Below are positions 1 to 9,764 of a stretch of 64,000 nucleotides of DNA, one piece after another. The DNA comes from Verrucomicrobiota bacterium (GTDB lineage Bacteria; Verrucomicrobiota; Kiritimatiellia; CAIQIC01; JAGNIJ01). The notes beneath the pieces were generated by a model. The model was given only the letters and a program-made list of their open reading frames with translations, was not told where the DNA came from and made no database searches. The number at the start of each line of letters is the position of its first letter. Within the stretch, counting starts at the first letter, position 1. The translations under genes and the position numbers were made by a program. Location of the stretch: positions 5,592 through 69,591 of the forward strand of contig JAZDKK010000009.1 in the NCBI GenBank assembly GCA_043803015.1, read 5' to 3'.

Positions 1-233
1 TGTTCACGATGCCGATGTTCCTGGTGGCGCTGTTCTGCGGCGGGATCGCGCTCGACCAGGGCGCGGTGGGCATCGTGCTGGGCGTGCTGAAGTACGTGGG
101 GCTGGTGGTGATCATCGTGCTGGTCCGGAACACGGCGCCGCGGGTCCGCATCGACCACGCGGTGAAGTTCTTCTGGGGCCCCGCGACGGTGGCCGCGCTG
201 GCCGCGGTGGTCTTGGCTACGGCAGGCTGGTGA
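1..233 (+). CDS. NuoH/HycD/MbhM-like membrane subunit of group 4 hydrogenase (C-terminal part, 5' end outside window)
   Basis: Hydrophobic C-terminus with 'RNTAPRVRIDHAVKFFW', the NADHdh family PRxRxD motif; precedes small subunit. Confidence 0.85.
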   Translation, partial: FTMPMFLVALFCGGIALDQGAVGIVLGVLKYVGLVVIIVLVRNTAPRVRIDHAVKFFWGPATVAALAAVVLATAGW

Positions 234-237
234 GAGA

Positions 238-663
238 ATGAGTTTTGCGATACAGGCTTTGACGAGGTCGCTGAATGTTTTCCACATGGGGGGAAGCGCG
301 TGCAACAACTGCGATATTGAGATTCTCGATGCCCTGACGCCGCGGTACGATCTCGAACGGTTCGGCATCACCCTGGTGGGGAGCATCAAGCACGCGGATG
401 TGATTCTGCTCTCGGGGATCTTCAACAAGAAGGCGGCGATCCGTGCGAAGCGCGTCTACGAGCAGGCGCCGAAGCCCGTTGTGGTGATCGCGATCGGCGG
501 CTGCGCCTGCACGGGCCTCATGTTCCGGCCGTCGTACAACTGGGACGAGCCTGTGGGGAAGTACATCCCGATTGATGCGTACCTGCCGGGGTGTCCGCCG
601 AAGCCCGAGGCCATGATCCTGGCCGTGGTGAAGCTGATCGGAAAACTGAGGGGAAAGAAGTGA
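238..663 (+). CDS. [NiFe]-hydrogenase group 4 small subunit (NuoB/EchC/MbhJ-like)
   Basis: CNNCDIE, GGCACTG and LPGCPPKPE Fe-S ligand motifs. Confidence 0.93.
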   Translation: MSFAIQALTRSLNVFHMGGSACNNCDIEILDALTPRYDLERFGITLVGSIKHADVILLSGIFNKKAAIRAKRVYEQAPKPVVVIAIGGCACTGLMFRPSYNWDEPVGKYIPIDAYLPGCPPKPEAMILAVVKLIGKLRGKK

Positions 664-1100
664 CGCGGGAAGAAATCATAACGCGTATCAGGGACCGGCT
701 CGGCGGGAAGATCGTGGACTTCTTCGAGAAGTCGCGCAAGCGGATCTACCTCGAGGTGAAGCCGGAGGACATCCCGGAAACGACCCGCCTGATGTTCAAG
801 GACCTGGGTGCGCGCTTCCAGATCGCCACGGGGCTGGACACGCCGACGGCCATCGAGATCCTGTACCACTGGGCGTTCGACCGCCTGGGGTTCGTGGTGA
901 CCGTCCGGACGAAGCTGGGCCGGCAGAACCCCGAGATCGATTCCGTGGCCTCCATCTGCATCGGGACCGAATGGATCGAGCGCGAGATGTGGGAACTGCT
1001 GGGCATCAAGTTCCGGAACCACCCGGACCTGAGGCACCTCCTGCTGAGCGACGAGTGGCCGGAGGGGAAGTACCCCCTCCGCCGGGACTACGTGAGATGA
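660..1100 (+). CDS. NuoC/MbhK-like hydrogenase subunit
   Basis: 'EREMWELLGIKFRNHPDLRHLLLSDEWPEGKYPLRRD' motif; GTG start overlaps the upstream TGA. Confidence 0.9.
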   Translation: MTREEIITRIRDRLGGKIVDFFEKSRKRIYLEVKPEDIPETTRLMFKDLGARFQIATGLDTPTAIEILYHWAFDRLGFVVTVRTKLGRQNPEIDSVASICIGTEWIEREMWELLGIKFRNHPDLRHLLLSDEWPEGKYPLRRDYVR

Positions 1101-1107
1101 CGGCCCC

Positions 1108-2328
1108 ATGACGAAACGAACCATAGTGCCGATCGGACCGTACCACGCGCTCCAGGAAGAGCCGGAGTTCTTCAAGCTCCACGTCGAGGGCGAGAAGGTG
1201 GTCCACCTGGACATCGAGATCGGCTACAACCACCGGGGCATCGAGAAGCTCTCCGAGTCGAAGACCTACGAGGAGACCGTTTTCCTGGTCGAGCGCATCT
1301 GCGGCATCTGCTCGTCCTCCCACCCGATCGCGTGCGTGCAGGCCGTGGAAGACGCGGGCGATGTCGAGGTCCCGGAGCGCGCGCTCTACATCCGGTCCGT
1401 GATCGGCGAGTTAGAGAGGATCCATTCCCACTTCCTGTGGCTCGGTCTGGCCGGACACTTCCTCGGGTTCAACACCGTCTGGATGTGGGCGTGGCGGTAC
1501 CGCGAGAGCGTCCTCGACGTCTTCGAGCTGATCAGCGGCAACCGGAACCACTATGCGATGATGAAGCCGGGCGGCGTGCGCCGCGACATCAAGGCCGAGG
1601 ACCTCCCGACCATCCGCAAGATGCTCGATGGCCTGAAACGTCCGCTGGACCTCTTCAAAGGCGCCGTCGTGGACGACCCGCTGATCCACGCGCGGACCAA
1701 GGGGGTGGGGGTCCTCACGAAAAAGCAGGTCACCGACTACTGCGCGCTCGGCCCGACCGCGCGGGCCTCCGGGGTGGACATCGACGTGCGCCGCGACCAT
1801 CCGCACGCGGCGTACGGGCTGGTGGACTGGAAGGTCATCGTGACGCAGAACGGCGATGTCTTCGACAAGGCCGTGGTGCGGGTTCTCGAGATGTACGAAT
1901 CCATCCGGATCATCGAGCAGTGCCTCGACAAGCTGCAGACCGTGCCCGGCCCGGTGGACTCGAACCCGAAAGAGATCAAGCCGGGCGAGGGCATCGGCCA
2001 CTACGAGGCGCCGCGGGGCGAGGTCTTTCACTACATCCGCAGCGACGGGACGAACCGGCCGGCCCGGCACAAGGTCCGCGCGCCGAGCTTCATGAACATC
2101 GTGACGGACCGCGAAGCGGTGATCGGGCAGAGCGTGGCGGATGCCACCATCATCCTGGCGGCGGTGGACCCGTGCTATTGCTGCACCGAGCGCATGGCGG
2201 CGCTGGATGTGAGAACCGGGAAGAGAGTCTGGACCTCGGCGGATCTGATCCGCCTGTCGCAGGAGAAGACGGCGAAGCTGAAGAAGGAGCTGGGGTACGA
2301 AGGTCCCCAGCTGAGGCTGGAGACCTAG
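1108..2328 (+). CDS. [NiFe]-hydrogenase group 4 large (catalytic) subunit (EchE/MbhL-like)
   Basis: L1 ERICGICSSSH and L2 DPCYCCTER Ni-binding CxxC motifs, EAPRGE, and a C-terminal extension after the Arg (protease substrate). Confidence 0.95.
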   Translation: MTKRTIVPIGPYHALQEEPEFFKLHVEGEKVVHLDIEIGYNHRGIEKLSESKTYEETVFLVERICGICSSSHPIACVQAVEDAGDVEVPERALYIRSVIGELERIHSHFLWLGLAGHFLGFNTVWMWAWRYRESVLDVFELISGNRNHYAMMKPGGVRRDIKAEDLPTIRKMLDGLKRPLDLFKGAVVDDPLIHARTKGVGVLTKKQVTDYCALGPTARASGVDIDVRRDHPHAAYGLVDWKVIVTQNGDVFDKAVVRVLEMYESIRIIEQCLDKLQTVPGPVDSNPKEIKPGEGIGHYEAPRGEVFHYIRSDGTNRPARHKVRAPSFMNIVTDREAVIGQSVADATIILAAVDPCYCCTERMAALDVRTGKRVWTSADLIRLSQEKTAKLKKELGYEGPQLRLET

Positions 2329-2329
2329 C

Positions 2330-4195
2330 GTGACGGAGCTGCTGCAACATCCGATGGTCATGCCGATCGCGTTCACGTTCCTCGCCGGCCTGGTCTGCCT
2401 GCTGTTGCCGAGGGCGTGGGACGCGGTGCGCGCGGCACTCGCCGTGGCGGCGTCCGCGTTTACCGTCGCTCTCGCCTGGCGCGTCTTCTCCGGTCCCCGC
2501 GGCATCCTCAACTGGGGCGCCTGGCTCAGCCTGCGGGTGGACGGGCTCAGTGCGTTCGTGCTCTTGGCCACGGCGGTGTTCGGCTTCCTGATCGCGCTCT
2601 ACTCCGTCGGCTTCATGAAGGGCCGGGAAAGACAGCGGGAGTACTACGCCTATCTCCTGTGGACCCTGGGCCTGTCCTTCGGGGCCGTCCTCGCGAACGA
2701 CCTGGTTCTGCTGCTGGTATTCTGGGGCTGCCTCGGGTTGGCCATGTACCTGATGATCGGGCTGGCGGGGCCCGAGGCGTCCAAGGCGGCCAAGAAGGCC
2801 CTGGTCATCGTGGGAGGCTCCGACTCCGTGATGATGCTGGGGGTGCTGCTGTTCTGGCGGATGGCCGGGTCCACGAGGATGGACGGGGAGGCGCTGGCGC
2901 TGGGGCGAGTTCTCGCGCACGTCGCTTTCTTCTCGCTGGTCGCGGCCGCGCTGGCCAAGGCGGGTTCGATGCCCTTTCATACCTGGGTTCCCGATTGCGG
3001 CGAGAAGGCGCCGGTCCCCGTGGCGGCGCTGCTGCCCGCCTCGCTGGACAAGCTCCTCGGGATCTACCTCCTGGTTCGCGTGGTGAACGGGCTGTTCGTG
3101 ATGAGCCCCGGGGCGCGTATGCTGCTCATGGCCGTCGGGGCGGCCACCGTGATCCTCGCGGTCATGATGGCGCTGGTGCAGCACGACATGAAGCGTCTGC
3201 TTTCGTACCACGCCGTGAGCCAGGTGGGCTACATGGTGCTCGGCATCTGTTCGGGCAACCCGGTGGGGCTGGCCGGCGGCCTGTTCCACATGCTCAACAA
3301 CGCCCTGTACAAGACGGCGCTGTTCCTGACCGCCGGCGCGGTCGAGCAGAAGACCGGCACGACCGATCTCGACAAGCTGGGGGGGCTGGCGAAGGCCATG
3401 CCGCTGACCTTCGTCGCGTTCGTCGTGACCGCGCTGTCCATCTCCGGCATCCCGCCGCTCAACGGGTTCGCGTCCAAGTGGATGGTCTACCAGGGCATCA
3501 TCAGCTCGGGCGGGCAGGATTCCCTGTGGGTCGTATGGCTGGCGGCCGCGATGCTGGGCTCCGCGCTGACGCTCGCCAGCTTTGTCAAGGTCCTGCACGC
3601 GGTGTTCCTCCGGAAGCCGGCCACGGACGTGCGGGAGCGCAGGCCCCGGGAGGTCGGCCCGACGATGTTCCTGCCTCCGCTGGTTTTGGCCGCGGCGTGC
3701 ATCGTCTTCGGCGTGCTTGCGTACCGCCTGCCTCTCCGCGGGCTGATCTTTCCGGCCGTCCCGGCCGGGATCTATCTCTCGGGCGTGTGGTGGGCCGGTG
3801 CGGCCACGGCGATGCTGGCAGCGGCGTTCGTCCTGGGGCTGCTGTTCTACGCGCTGACGAGCGCGCGGGCGCCGCGCGTGTGCGATACGTACATCGGCGG
3901 GGAGATCATGAGCGAAACCTACGTCCATGGCGAGGCGGCCTCCGGGGTCCGCGACCTGGAAGTGACCGGGGTTGATTTTTACGGGACGGTGGAGGAACTC
4001 TCGCCGCTGAAGACCCTCTACGAGGGAGCCCGGCGGCGGCTGTTCGACATCTACAACGTCGGGGCCAAGACGATCTTCTACTTCGTGGGGGCCTTGCGCG
4101 CTGTCCACACAGGGCTGCTGCCGCTTTACGTGTCGTGGGCTTTTGCGGGACTCGTCCTGATTCTGTATTTCCTGATGCGAGGGCCGAATGGCTGA
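2330..4195 (+). CDS. Antiporter-like proton-translocating subunit (NuoL/MrpA/MrpD family)
   Basis: KAGSMPFHTWVPD, KRLLSYHAVSQVGY, LSISGIPPLNGFASKW; many TM helices. Confidence 0.9.
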   Translation: MTELLQHPMVMPIAFTFLAGLVCLLLPRAWDAVRAALAVAASAFTVALAWRVFSGPRGILNWGAWLSLRVDGLSAFVLLATAVFGFLIALYSVGFMKGRERQREYYAYLLWTLGLSFGAVLANDLVLLLVFWGCLGLAMYLMIGLAGPEASKAAKKALVIVGGSDSVMMLGVLLFWRMAGSTRMDGEALALGRVLAHVAFFSLVAAALAKAGSMPFHTWVPDCGEKAPVPVAALLPASLDKLLGIYLLVRVVNGLFVMSPGARMLLMAVGAATVILAVMMALVQHDMKRLLSYHAVSQVGYMVLGICSGNPVGLAGGLFHMLNNALYKTALFLTAGAVEQKTGTTDLDKLGGLAKAMPLTFVAFVVTALSISGIPPLNGFASKWMVYQGIISSGGQDSLWVVWLAAAMLGSALTLASFVKVLHAVFLRKPATDVRERRPREVGPTMFLPPLVLAAACIVFGVLAYRLPLRGLIFPAVPAGIYLSGVWWAGAATAMLAAAFVLGLLFYALTSARAPRVCDTYIGGEIMSETYVHGEAASGVRDLEVTGVDFYGTVEELSPLKTLYEGARRRLFDIYNVGAKTIFYFVGALRAVHTGLLPLYVSWAFAGLVLILYFLMRGPNG

Positions 4196-4751
4196 GTTCT
4201 TTGGGGTGCTGCTCGTTTTCATGATCATCGGCGCGATCGTGGCGCTGGAGACCAAGGATCTCCTCGCCTCGGTGATCTCGGTGGGCGCGGTGGGCTTCGG
4301 GGTGAGCGTGGCCTTCCTGTTCCTCGGGGCGCCGGACATCGCCATCACGCAGGTGGTGGTGGAGGTGCTCACGCTGGTCATCCTCATCCGGGCGACCATC
4401 AGCCGCGATCTCACGTCCGTCGAGGAAGAGAGGGACTTCTTCAGCATGACGGTCGGCGTCGCCATGCTGATGCTGGTTTTCGTTTTCGGCGTCATGGCCC
4501 TGCAGTCCCTGCCGGCCTTCGGACATCCTGTCATCGACCGACTGGGGGAGGCGGCGCCCGCCACGCACTACCTGCGCGCGGGGCTCAAGGAAACCGGCGC
4601 GGCCAATATGGTCGCCGCCATCATTCTCGACTACCGCGGCTACGACACCCTGGGCGAGGCCACGGTGATCTTCGCCGCTGTTATCGGGGCCTTGGCGATC
4701 CTGCGCAGCAAGGCGCGGAAGAAGAAGGAAGAAGCACCTGTGGAGGAGTAG
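4188..4751 (+). CDS. MbhD/MbhE-like (MrpA C-terminal DUF4040 + MnhB-N) subunit
   Basis: GAPDIAITQVVVE and 'NMVAAIILDYRGYDTLGEATV' motifs. Confidence 0.88.
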   Translation: MAEFFGVLLVFMIIGAIVALETKDLLASVISVGAVGFGVSVAFLFLGAPDIAITQVVVEVLTLVILIRATISRDLTSVEEERDFFSMTVGVAMLMLVFVFGVMALQSLPAFGHPVIDRLGEAAPATHYLRAGLKETGAANMVAAIILDYRGYDTLGEATVIFAAVIGALAILRSKARKKKEEAPVEE

Positions 4752-4761
4752 GAGACCATCG

Positions 4762-5232
4762 ATGACCGGAATGACGGTGATCGTGCAGACGGTGACCCGC
4801 TGGATCAAGGGATTCATCTTCCTTTTCGGCTGGTACATTGTCCTCTTCGGCCACCTCACTCCGGGAGGCGGGTTCGCAGGGGGTGTGATTGTGGCCTGCA
4901 CGTTCGTGCTCATGATGCTGGCGTACGGGAAAGACGTGGCCCTTCGGAGACTGAGCACCACGGCGGTGGCGCATCTGGATTCGGCCGGAGCCCTGATGTT
5001 CCTGGTCATCGCATGGCTGGGCATGGTCCTGGGAGGCCAGTTCTTCCTGAACTACATCCACCGCAACTACCCCGGCCACGATTTCCACATCTTCAGCGCC
5101 GGCATTATCCCCCTGTGCAACCTCGCGATCGGCATCAAGGTGGGCGCTTCGCTGTTCCTGGTCTTCATCGTGCTCTCGGTGACCCACGTGGTCCTGGAGA
5201 AGGACCGGCTCAAGATGAGGAAACGCAAGTAA
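4762..5232 (+). CDS. mnhB: Mrp/Mnh subunit B
   Basis: GHLTPGGGFAGG motif. Confidence 0.9.
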   Translation: MTGMTVIVQTVTRWIKGFIFLFGWYIVLFGHLTPGGGFAGGVIVACTFVLMMLAYGKDVALRRLSTTAVAHLDSAGALMFLVIAWLGMVLGGQFFLNYIHRNYPGHDFHIFSAGIIPLCNLAIGIKVGASLFLVFIVLSVTHVVLEKDRLKMRKRK

Positions 5233-5244
5233 AGGGCGGGGAAC

Positions 5245-5592
5245 ATGGTCTACATACTGTGTCTGCTTCTGTTCATGATCGGCCTCTACGGGGTCGTCGC
5301 GAAGAAGAACATCGTGAAGATTGTCATCGGGCTGGCCATCATGGACTATGCCATCAATCTCTTCTTCATCTTGCTGGGGTACCGGCGCGGAGGGATCGCC
5401 CCGATCCTGGACCCAAAGGCCGATGTGGCGACATTCGCGGTGCGCGCCGTGGACCCGCTGCCGCAGGCGCTGGTCCTCACGTCCATCGTGATCAGCCTCG
5501 GCGTCACGGCGCTCCTGGTGGGCCTGGCCATTCGCCTGTATGAGCGGTACGGCACGTTCGATATCTCGGAGATCAAGAAGTTGAAAGGCTGA
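5245..5592 (+). CDS. mnhC: Mrp/Mnh subunit C
   Basis: DPLPQALVLTSIVI motif, 3 TM. Confidence 0.92.
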   Translation: MVYILCLLLFMIGLYGVVAKKNIVKIVIGLAIMDYAINLFFILLGYRRGGIAPILDPKADVATFAVRAVDPLPQALVLTSIVISLGVTALLVGLAIRLYERYGTFDISEIKKLKG

Positions 5593-5603
5593 CGGCGGGA
5601 AGG

Positions 5604-7097
5604 ATGAAGATGAATCTGCTACCTCTGTTCGTGGCGGTGCCGCTGGCCGGGGCGTTCCTTCTGCCCCTGGTCTCCTGGTCCCACGGCGGAAAGAAGTTCG
5701 CGCGTCTCCCCGACCTGCTCAGCAACCTGATCACGTTCTCGTTGCTGGGCTTGGCGCTTTCCTTCGTCGGCGCGAGCGGGCGGTACATCATGGGCCGGTG
5801 GGAACCCCCCATCGGGATCACGCTGGTCGTGGACGGGCTGACCGTGCTGATGCTGATCACCGTCGCCTTGGTCAGCTTCATGGCGACGCTGTTTTCCGTG
5901 AACTACATGGAGCAGTACACCTCGAAAGCCCGCTACTACAGCCTGTTCATGCTGATGCTGGCGGGGATGAACGGGATGGTCATTACGGGAGACCTGTTCA
6001 ACCTGTTCGTGTTCATGGAGATCGCTTCCATCGCGTGTTATGCGCTCGTCGGGTTCGGCTGCGAGGCCGAGGAACTGGAGGCGTCCTTCAAGTACATGGT
6101 GATTTCCGAGATCGGTTCCGCGCTGGTGCTGCTGGCCATCGCGGTGCTCTACGGGATTCTGGGGACCCTCAACATGGCCCATCTGGCCCGCAGCATGGCG
6201 CAGGCCGGCGCCAGCCCGGGGCTCAACTTCTGTCTCGGCCTTCTGATAGCGGGCTTCGGCATCAAAGCCGCCCTGGTTCCGTTCCACGCCTGGCTGCCGG
6301 ACGCGCACCCGTCGGCCCCCGCGCCGATCTCGGCCATGCTCTCGGGGGTGGTGATCAAGGTGCTGGGCATCTATGCGATGATTCGCGTGGTGTTCAACGT
6401 GTTCGGCTTCCAGCCCGTGGCCTCCGCCCTCTTCATCGTGCTGGGGGCGACCTCCATGGTGCTCGGCATCCTCCTGGCGGCGGGCCAGTGGGACATCAAG
6501 CGGCTGTTCGCTTACTCCAGCATCAGCCAGGTGGGCTACATCCTGGTCGGGGTCGGGCTGGGCACGCCGCTGGGCATACTCGGGGGCCTGTTCCACCTCG
6601 TCAACCACTCGGTCTTCAAGTCGCTGCTCTTCCTGAATTCCGGGGCCCTCGTCTACGAGCTGGAGACCCGCGACCTCAAGGAGATGGGCGGTCTTCGCGA
6701 CAGGATGCCCGTCACCGCCAACACGTCGCTGATCGCTTCCATGTCCATATCGGGCATCCCTCCGTTCAACGGGTTCTGGAGCAAGCTGATCATCATTCTC
6801 GCCTGCGTGCAGGCCCGCCGGTACGCGCTCGCGGCGTGCGCGGTCTTCGCCAGCATCGTCTGCCTCGTTGCCTTTGCCAAGGTCCAGCGGTACGCGTTCC
6901 TGGAGCGGGCGAAGGAGAAAGGGCACAACGTGAAGGAGGTGCCCGCCCTCATGACCGTGCCCATGGTGGTCCTCGCGCTGCTCTGCGTGGGGCTGGGGCT
7001 GCTGCTCGTTCCCGGCGTCCGGGCCTTGGTGCTGCAGCCCGCCGTGGAGGCTCTCCTGCAGGGACCCGCGGGGTACGCGGACAAGGTGCTGCCATGA
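5604..7097 (+). CDS. mnhD: Mrp/Mnh subunit D
   Basis: GDLFNLFVFMEI, KAALVPFHAWLPDAHPSAP, SGIPPFNGFWSK. Confidence 0.92.
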   Translation: MKMNLLPLFVAVPLAGAFLLPLVSWSHGGKKFARLPDLLSNLITFSLLGLALSFVGASGRYIMGRWEPPIGITLVVDGLTVLMLITVALVSFMATLFSVNYMEQYTSKARYYSLFMLMLAGMNGMVITGDLFNLFVFMEIASIACYALVGFGCEAEELEASFKYMVISEIGSALVLLAIAVLYGILGTLNMAHLARSMAQAGASPGLNFCLGLLIAGFGIKAALVPFHAWLPDAHPSAPAPISAMLSGVVIKVLGIYAMIRVVFNVFGFQPVASALFIVLGATSMVLGILLAAGQWDIKRLFAYSSISQVGYILVGVGLGTPLGILGGLFHLVNHSVFKSLLFLNSGALVYELETRDLKEMGGLRDRMPVTANTSLIASMSISGIPPFNGFWSKLIIILACVQARRYALAACAVFASIVCLVAFAKVQRYAFLERAKEKGHNVKEVPALMTVPMVVLALLCVGLGLLLVPGVRALVLQPAVEALLQGPAGYADKVLP

Positions 7098-7603
7098 AAA
7101 AAATCACGCTGTTCATAGTCTCGTACGTGACGTGGTTCCTCCTGGTGTGGCCCTTCGACCCCCTGACGGGGGCCCTGGATGGCCAGAGCCTCGTCGTGGG
7201 GGTGGTGGTCAGCCTGGTTACCGCGCTGCTGTTCGGCGAGATGTTCACCGAACGGCCGCACCTGTTCTACCATCCCCGCCGCTACCTCTGGGCCCTCTAC
7301 TATGTGCCGATGTTCCTTTGGGAGATGATCAGGGCGAACATAGACGTGATGTACCGCGTGATGCACCCCGCCATGCCGATCCACCCCGGCATCGTCAAGG
7401 TAAGGACCCGGTTGAAGAGCAAGTCGGGAAGAACCGCCTTGTGCAACTCGATCACTCTCACGCCGGGCACGATGAGCGTGGACATTACGGACGACGGCTA
7501 CATCTACATCCACTGGATCAACGTGCAGTCGCAGGACGTCGAGGAGGCAACCCGGTTGATCGTGGAGAAGTTCGAACGGGTCCTGGAAAGGATACTCGAG
7601 TGA
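7094..7603 (+). CDS. mnhE: Mrp/Mnh subunit E
   Basis: NSITLTPGT and YIHWI motifs; ATG at 7094 overlaps the mnhD stop. Confidence 0.9.
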   Translation: MKKITLFIVSYVTWFLLVWPFDPLTGALDGQSLVVGVVVSLVTALLFGEMFTERPHLFYHPRRYLWALYYVPMFLWEMIRANIDVMYRVMHPAMPIHPGIVKVRTRLKSKSGRTALCNSITLTPGTMSVDITDDGYIYIHWINVQSQDVEEATRLIVEKFERVLERILE

Positions 7604-7627
7604 AGGGCGAGGAAAGAAGGTGCTGAG

Positions 7628-7900
7628 ATGGGACTGTCCATCCTGATGGGTGTGTTTGTCGCAGGCCTGATGCTCTGCAGCTTCCTGTGCCTGTACCGGA
7701 TCGCCGCGGGGCCCACGCCCGCGGACCGGACGGTCGCCATGGATATCCTCGGCATCGTCATCGTGGGATTCTGCGTCGTCCTGTCGTTGAGCAGCGGGCA
7801 GGACTGGTACATGAACATCGCGATATCCTGGTCGCTCCTGTCTTTCATCGGGACCATCGCGCTGGCCAAGCATTTGGAAGGAAGAGGCTTTGACGAGTAG
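7628..7900 (+). CDS. mnhF: Mrp/Mnh subunit F
   Basis: GPTPADRTVAMD, LSFIGTIALAK. Confidence 0.9.
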   Translation: MGLSILMGVFVAGLMLCSFLCLYRIAAGPTPADRTVAMDILGIVIVGFCVVLSLSSGQDWYMNIAISWSLLSFIGTIALAKHLEGRGFDE

Positions 7901-7912
7901 AGAGGTGCACTC

Positions 7913-8266
7913 ATGAGGGAAACCATCGGGTATGTCTTGATCGCGATCGGCGTCCTGTTCGACTTCTTCGGGTGTGTCGGCCTGGTCCGTCTGCCCGACC
8001 TCTACAATCGCCTGCAGGCGGCGACCAAGTGTGTGACGCTGGGTACCATCTCCATCCTTCTCGGCGCGCTCGTCATGGCTGGCGTCTCGGCGCTGGGTAT
8101 CAAGGCCGTGATCTGCGCCGTGTTCATTGTGATTACGTCACCCACGGCAGCGCACGCGCTGGCCCGCGGTGCCCACGCTTCGGGAGTGAGGCTTTGGGAG
8201 AAAAGCGTGGTGGACAAGTACCTCGAGGACGGTCAGCCGGGGTTGACCAAGCCGGAGTCAAAATGA
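7913..8266 (+). CDS. mnhG: Mrp/Mnh subunit G
   Basis: GLVRLPDLYNRLQAATK, TSPTAAHALAR. Confidence 0.92.
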   Translation: MRETIGYVLIAIGVLFDFFGCVGLVRLPDLYNRLQAATKCVTLGTISILLGALVMAGVSALGIKAVICAVFIVITSPTAAHALARGAHASGVRLWEKSVVDKYLEDGQPGLTKPESK

Positions 8267-8874
8267 AGCTGCCGTGTCTCTTCCAGCCGAGGATTCTGAA
8301 ACAGGCGCTGACGGCGCTGTTCTCGAAGCCGTACACGACGGATTTCCCCAAGGTGCCGTACGAGCCCATCCCGCAGTTCCGCGGGCGCCCGCGGTATCAC
8401 GAGGACAAGTGCCTTGGCTGCGGCGCCTGCGCCGAGGTGTGCCCCTCGAAGTGCATTGACGTGATCGACGAGGTCGACGCCGCCCCGCCGCGCCGGCGCC
8501 TGGTCCAGCACGTGGACGCCTGCATCTGGTGCGGCCAGTGCGAGCGCTACTGCGTGACCAAGGAAGGCATCAGGCTCGGCACCGAGTACGACTGCGTGGG
8601 CTTCGCGCCGGAGGATTTCGAGGAGAAGGTGGAGAAGGAGCTTCTCCTGTGCGAGCTCTGCGGGTGCGTGCTGGCGCCGGTGGACCAGATTCGCTGGCTG
8701 GTCGACCGGCTGGGCCCTCTCGCGTTCACCAATCCCACCGTGATGCTGGTCGCCGGAAAGGACCTGGCCGTCGTGGACGAGGGGGTCAAGGTGGAAGGGG
8801 GTCCGCCCCGCCGCGCCGACCGGATCCTGATCCAGTGCCCGCGATGCCGCAGGGAGACCTCCTACGCCGTGTAG
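8263..8874 (+). CDS. NuoI/MbhN-like 4Fe-4S subunit
   Basis: FRGRP, CLGCGACAEVCP, CIWCGQCERYC plus CELC/CPRC; ATG overlaps the mnhG stop. Confidence 0.9.
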   Translation: MKLPCLFQPRILKQALTALFSKPYTTDFPKVPYEPIPQFRGRPRYHEDKCLGCGACAEVCPSKCIDVIDEVDAAPPRRRLVQHVDACIWCGQCERYCVTKEGIRLGTEYDCVGFAPEDFEEKVEKELLLCELCGCVLAPVDQIRWLVDRLGPLAFTNPTVMLVAGKDLAVVDEGVKVEGGPPRRADRILIQCPRCRRETSYAV

Positions 8875-8908
8875 TTGTTCCTTCCTGGCCGGAGAGGCAG
8901 GCCGCAAC

Positions 8909-9382
8909 GTGGACACTCTCGAACACCAACTCAAGACCGCCCTTCGAGGCAAGGTATGCATCCTCGGCGTCGGGAACCGGATGCGGGGCGACGACGGCGC
9001 AGGGTCCTGGCTGGTGGGGAGGGTCGCGGGTGGGGTGGCCGCGGATCTGTTGGACGGGGGGGTGGCGCCCGAGAACTACCTGGAGAAGGCGGCGCGGAAC
9101 CGCCCCGATACGGTGCTGGTGGTGGATGCCGTCGATTTCGGCGGGGCGGCGGGGGAAATCCGCCTTTTCGACTCAACGGCCATCCACGCAGGCGGCCTGT
9201 CGACGCACGCACTCTCGCTGCGCATGGCATTTGAGTATTTGACCGCGCGCTGCTCTGCCAGCATAGTGTTGGCAGCTATTCAGCCGGTCTCGATCGGGCT
9301 GGCGCAGGACATGAGCGAGCCGGTCCGCGGGTCCATCGAGCGGCTGGCCAGGGCTTTGCGTGACGTACTGCCGCAGGCCTAG
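8909..9382 (+). CDS. hycI: Hydrogenase maturation endopeptidase (HycI family)
   Basis: GVGNRMRGDDGAG, VAPEN, VVDAVD, STH motifs. Confidence 0.9.
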   Translation: MDTLEHQLKTALRGKVCILGVGNRMRGDDGAGSWLVGRVAGGVAADLLDGGVAPENYLEKAARNRPDTVLVVDAVDFGGAAGEIRLFDSTAIHAGGLSTHALSLRMAFEYLTARCSASIVLAAIQPVSIGLAQDMSEPVRGSIERLARALRDVLPQA

Positions 9383-9410
9383 CTGAGGCCGTGGGAAGTC
9401 CGGATGCCGC

Positions 9411-9764
9411 ATGCATGAGTTCTCCATCTGCGAAGGATTGGTCGGCGCCGTCCTGGAAGAAATGTCCCGGCACGGGGCGCCGGCGGGGTCCCTTCGGCGG
9501 GCGCGCGTGGTCGTGGGCGGGATGCACCAGATCCTGCCCGAGAACCTCACGACGGCCTACGAGGTGCTGACGCGGGACACGGTGGCGGCCGGGTCGGAGC
9601 TCGAGCTTCGAGTCCTGCCGATCACCGCGCGGTGCCGCCCGTGCGGGTGGACGGGGGAGATACGCCAGCCCCTCTTCCTGTGCGGCACCTGCAACTCGGG
9701 GGACATCGAGTTGGTGACGGGCAGGGAGCTCTACCTCGAGAACCTGGAGATCGAAACGCCATGA
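9411..9764 (+). CDS. hypA: Hydrogenase nickel metallochaperone HypA
   Basis: MHEFSI N-terminus, two CxxC, GREL. Confidence 0.95.
   Translation: MHEFSICEGLVGAVLEEMSRHGAPAGSLRRARVVVGGMHQILPENLTTAYEVLTRDTVAAGSELELRVLPITARCRPCGWTGEIRQPLFLCGTCNSGDIELVTGRELYLENLEIETP

Noticed and set aside
1-8874. Complex I (nuo) or Mbx/Ehr sulfur reductase
   Set aside because: The large subunit retains both Ni-binding CxxC motifs and a cleavable tail; hycI and hyp genes are in the operon.
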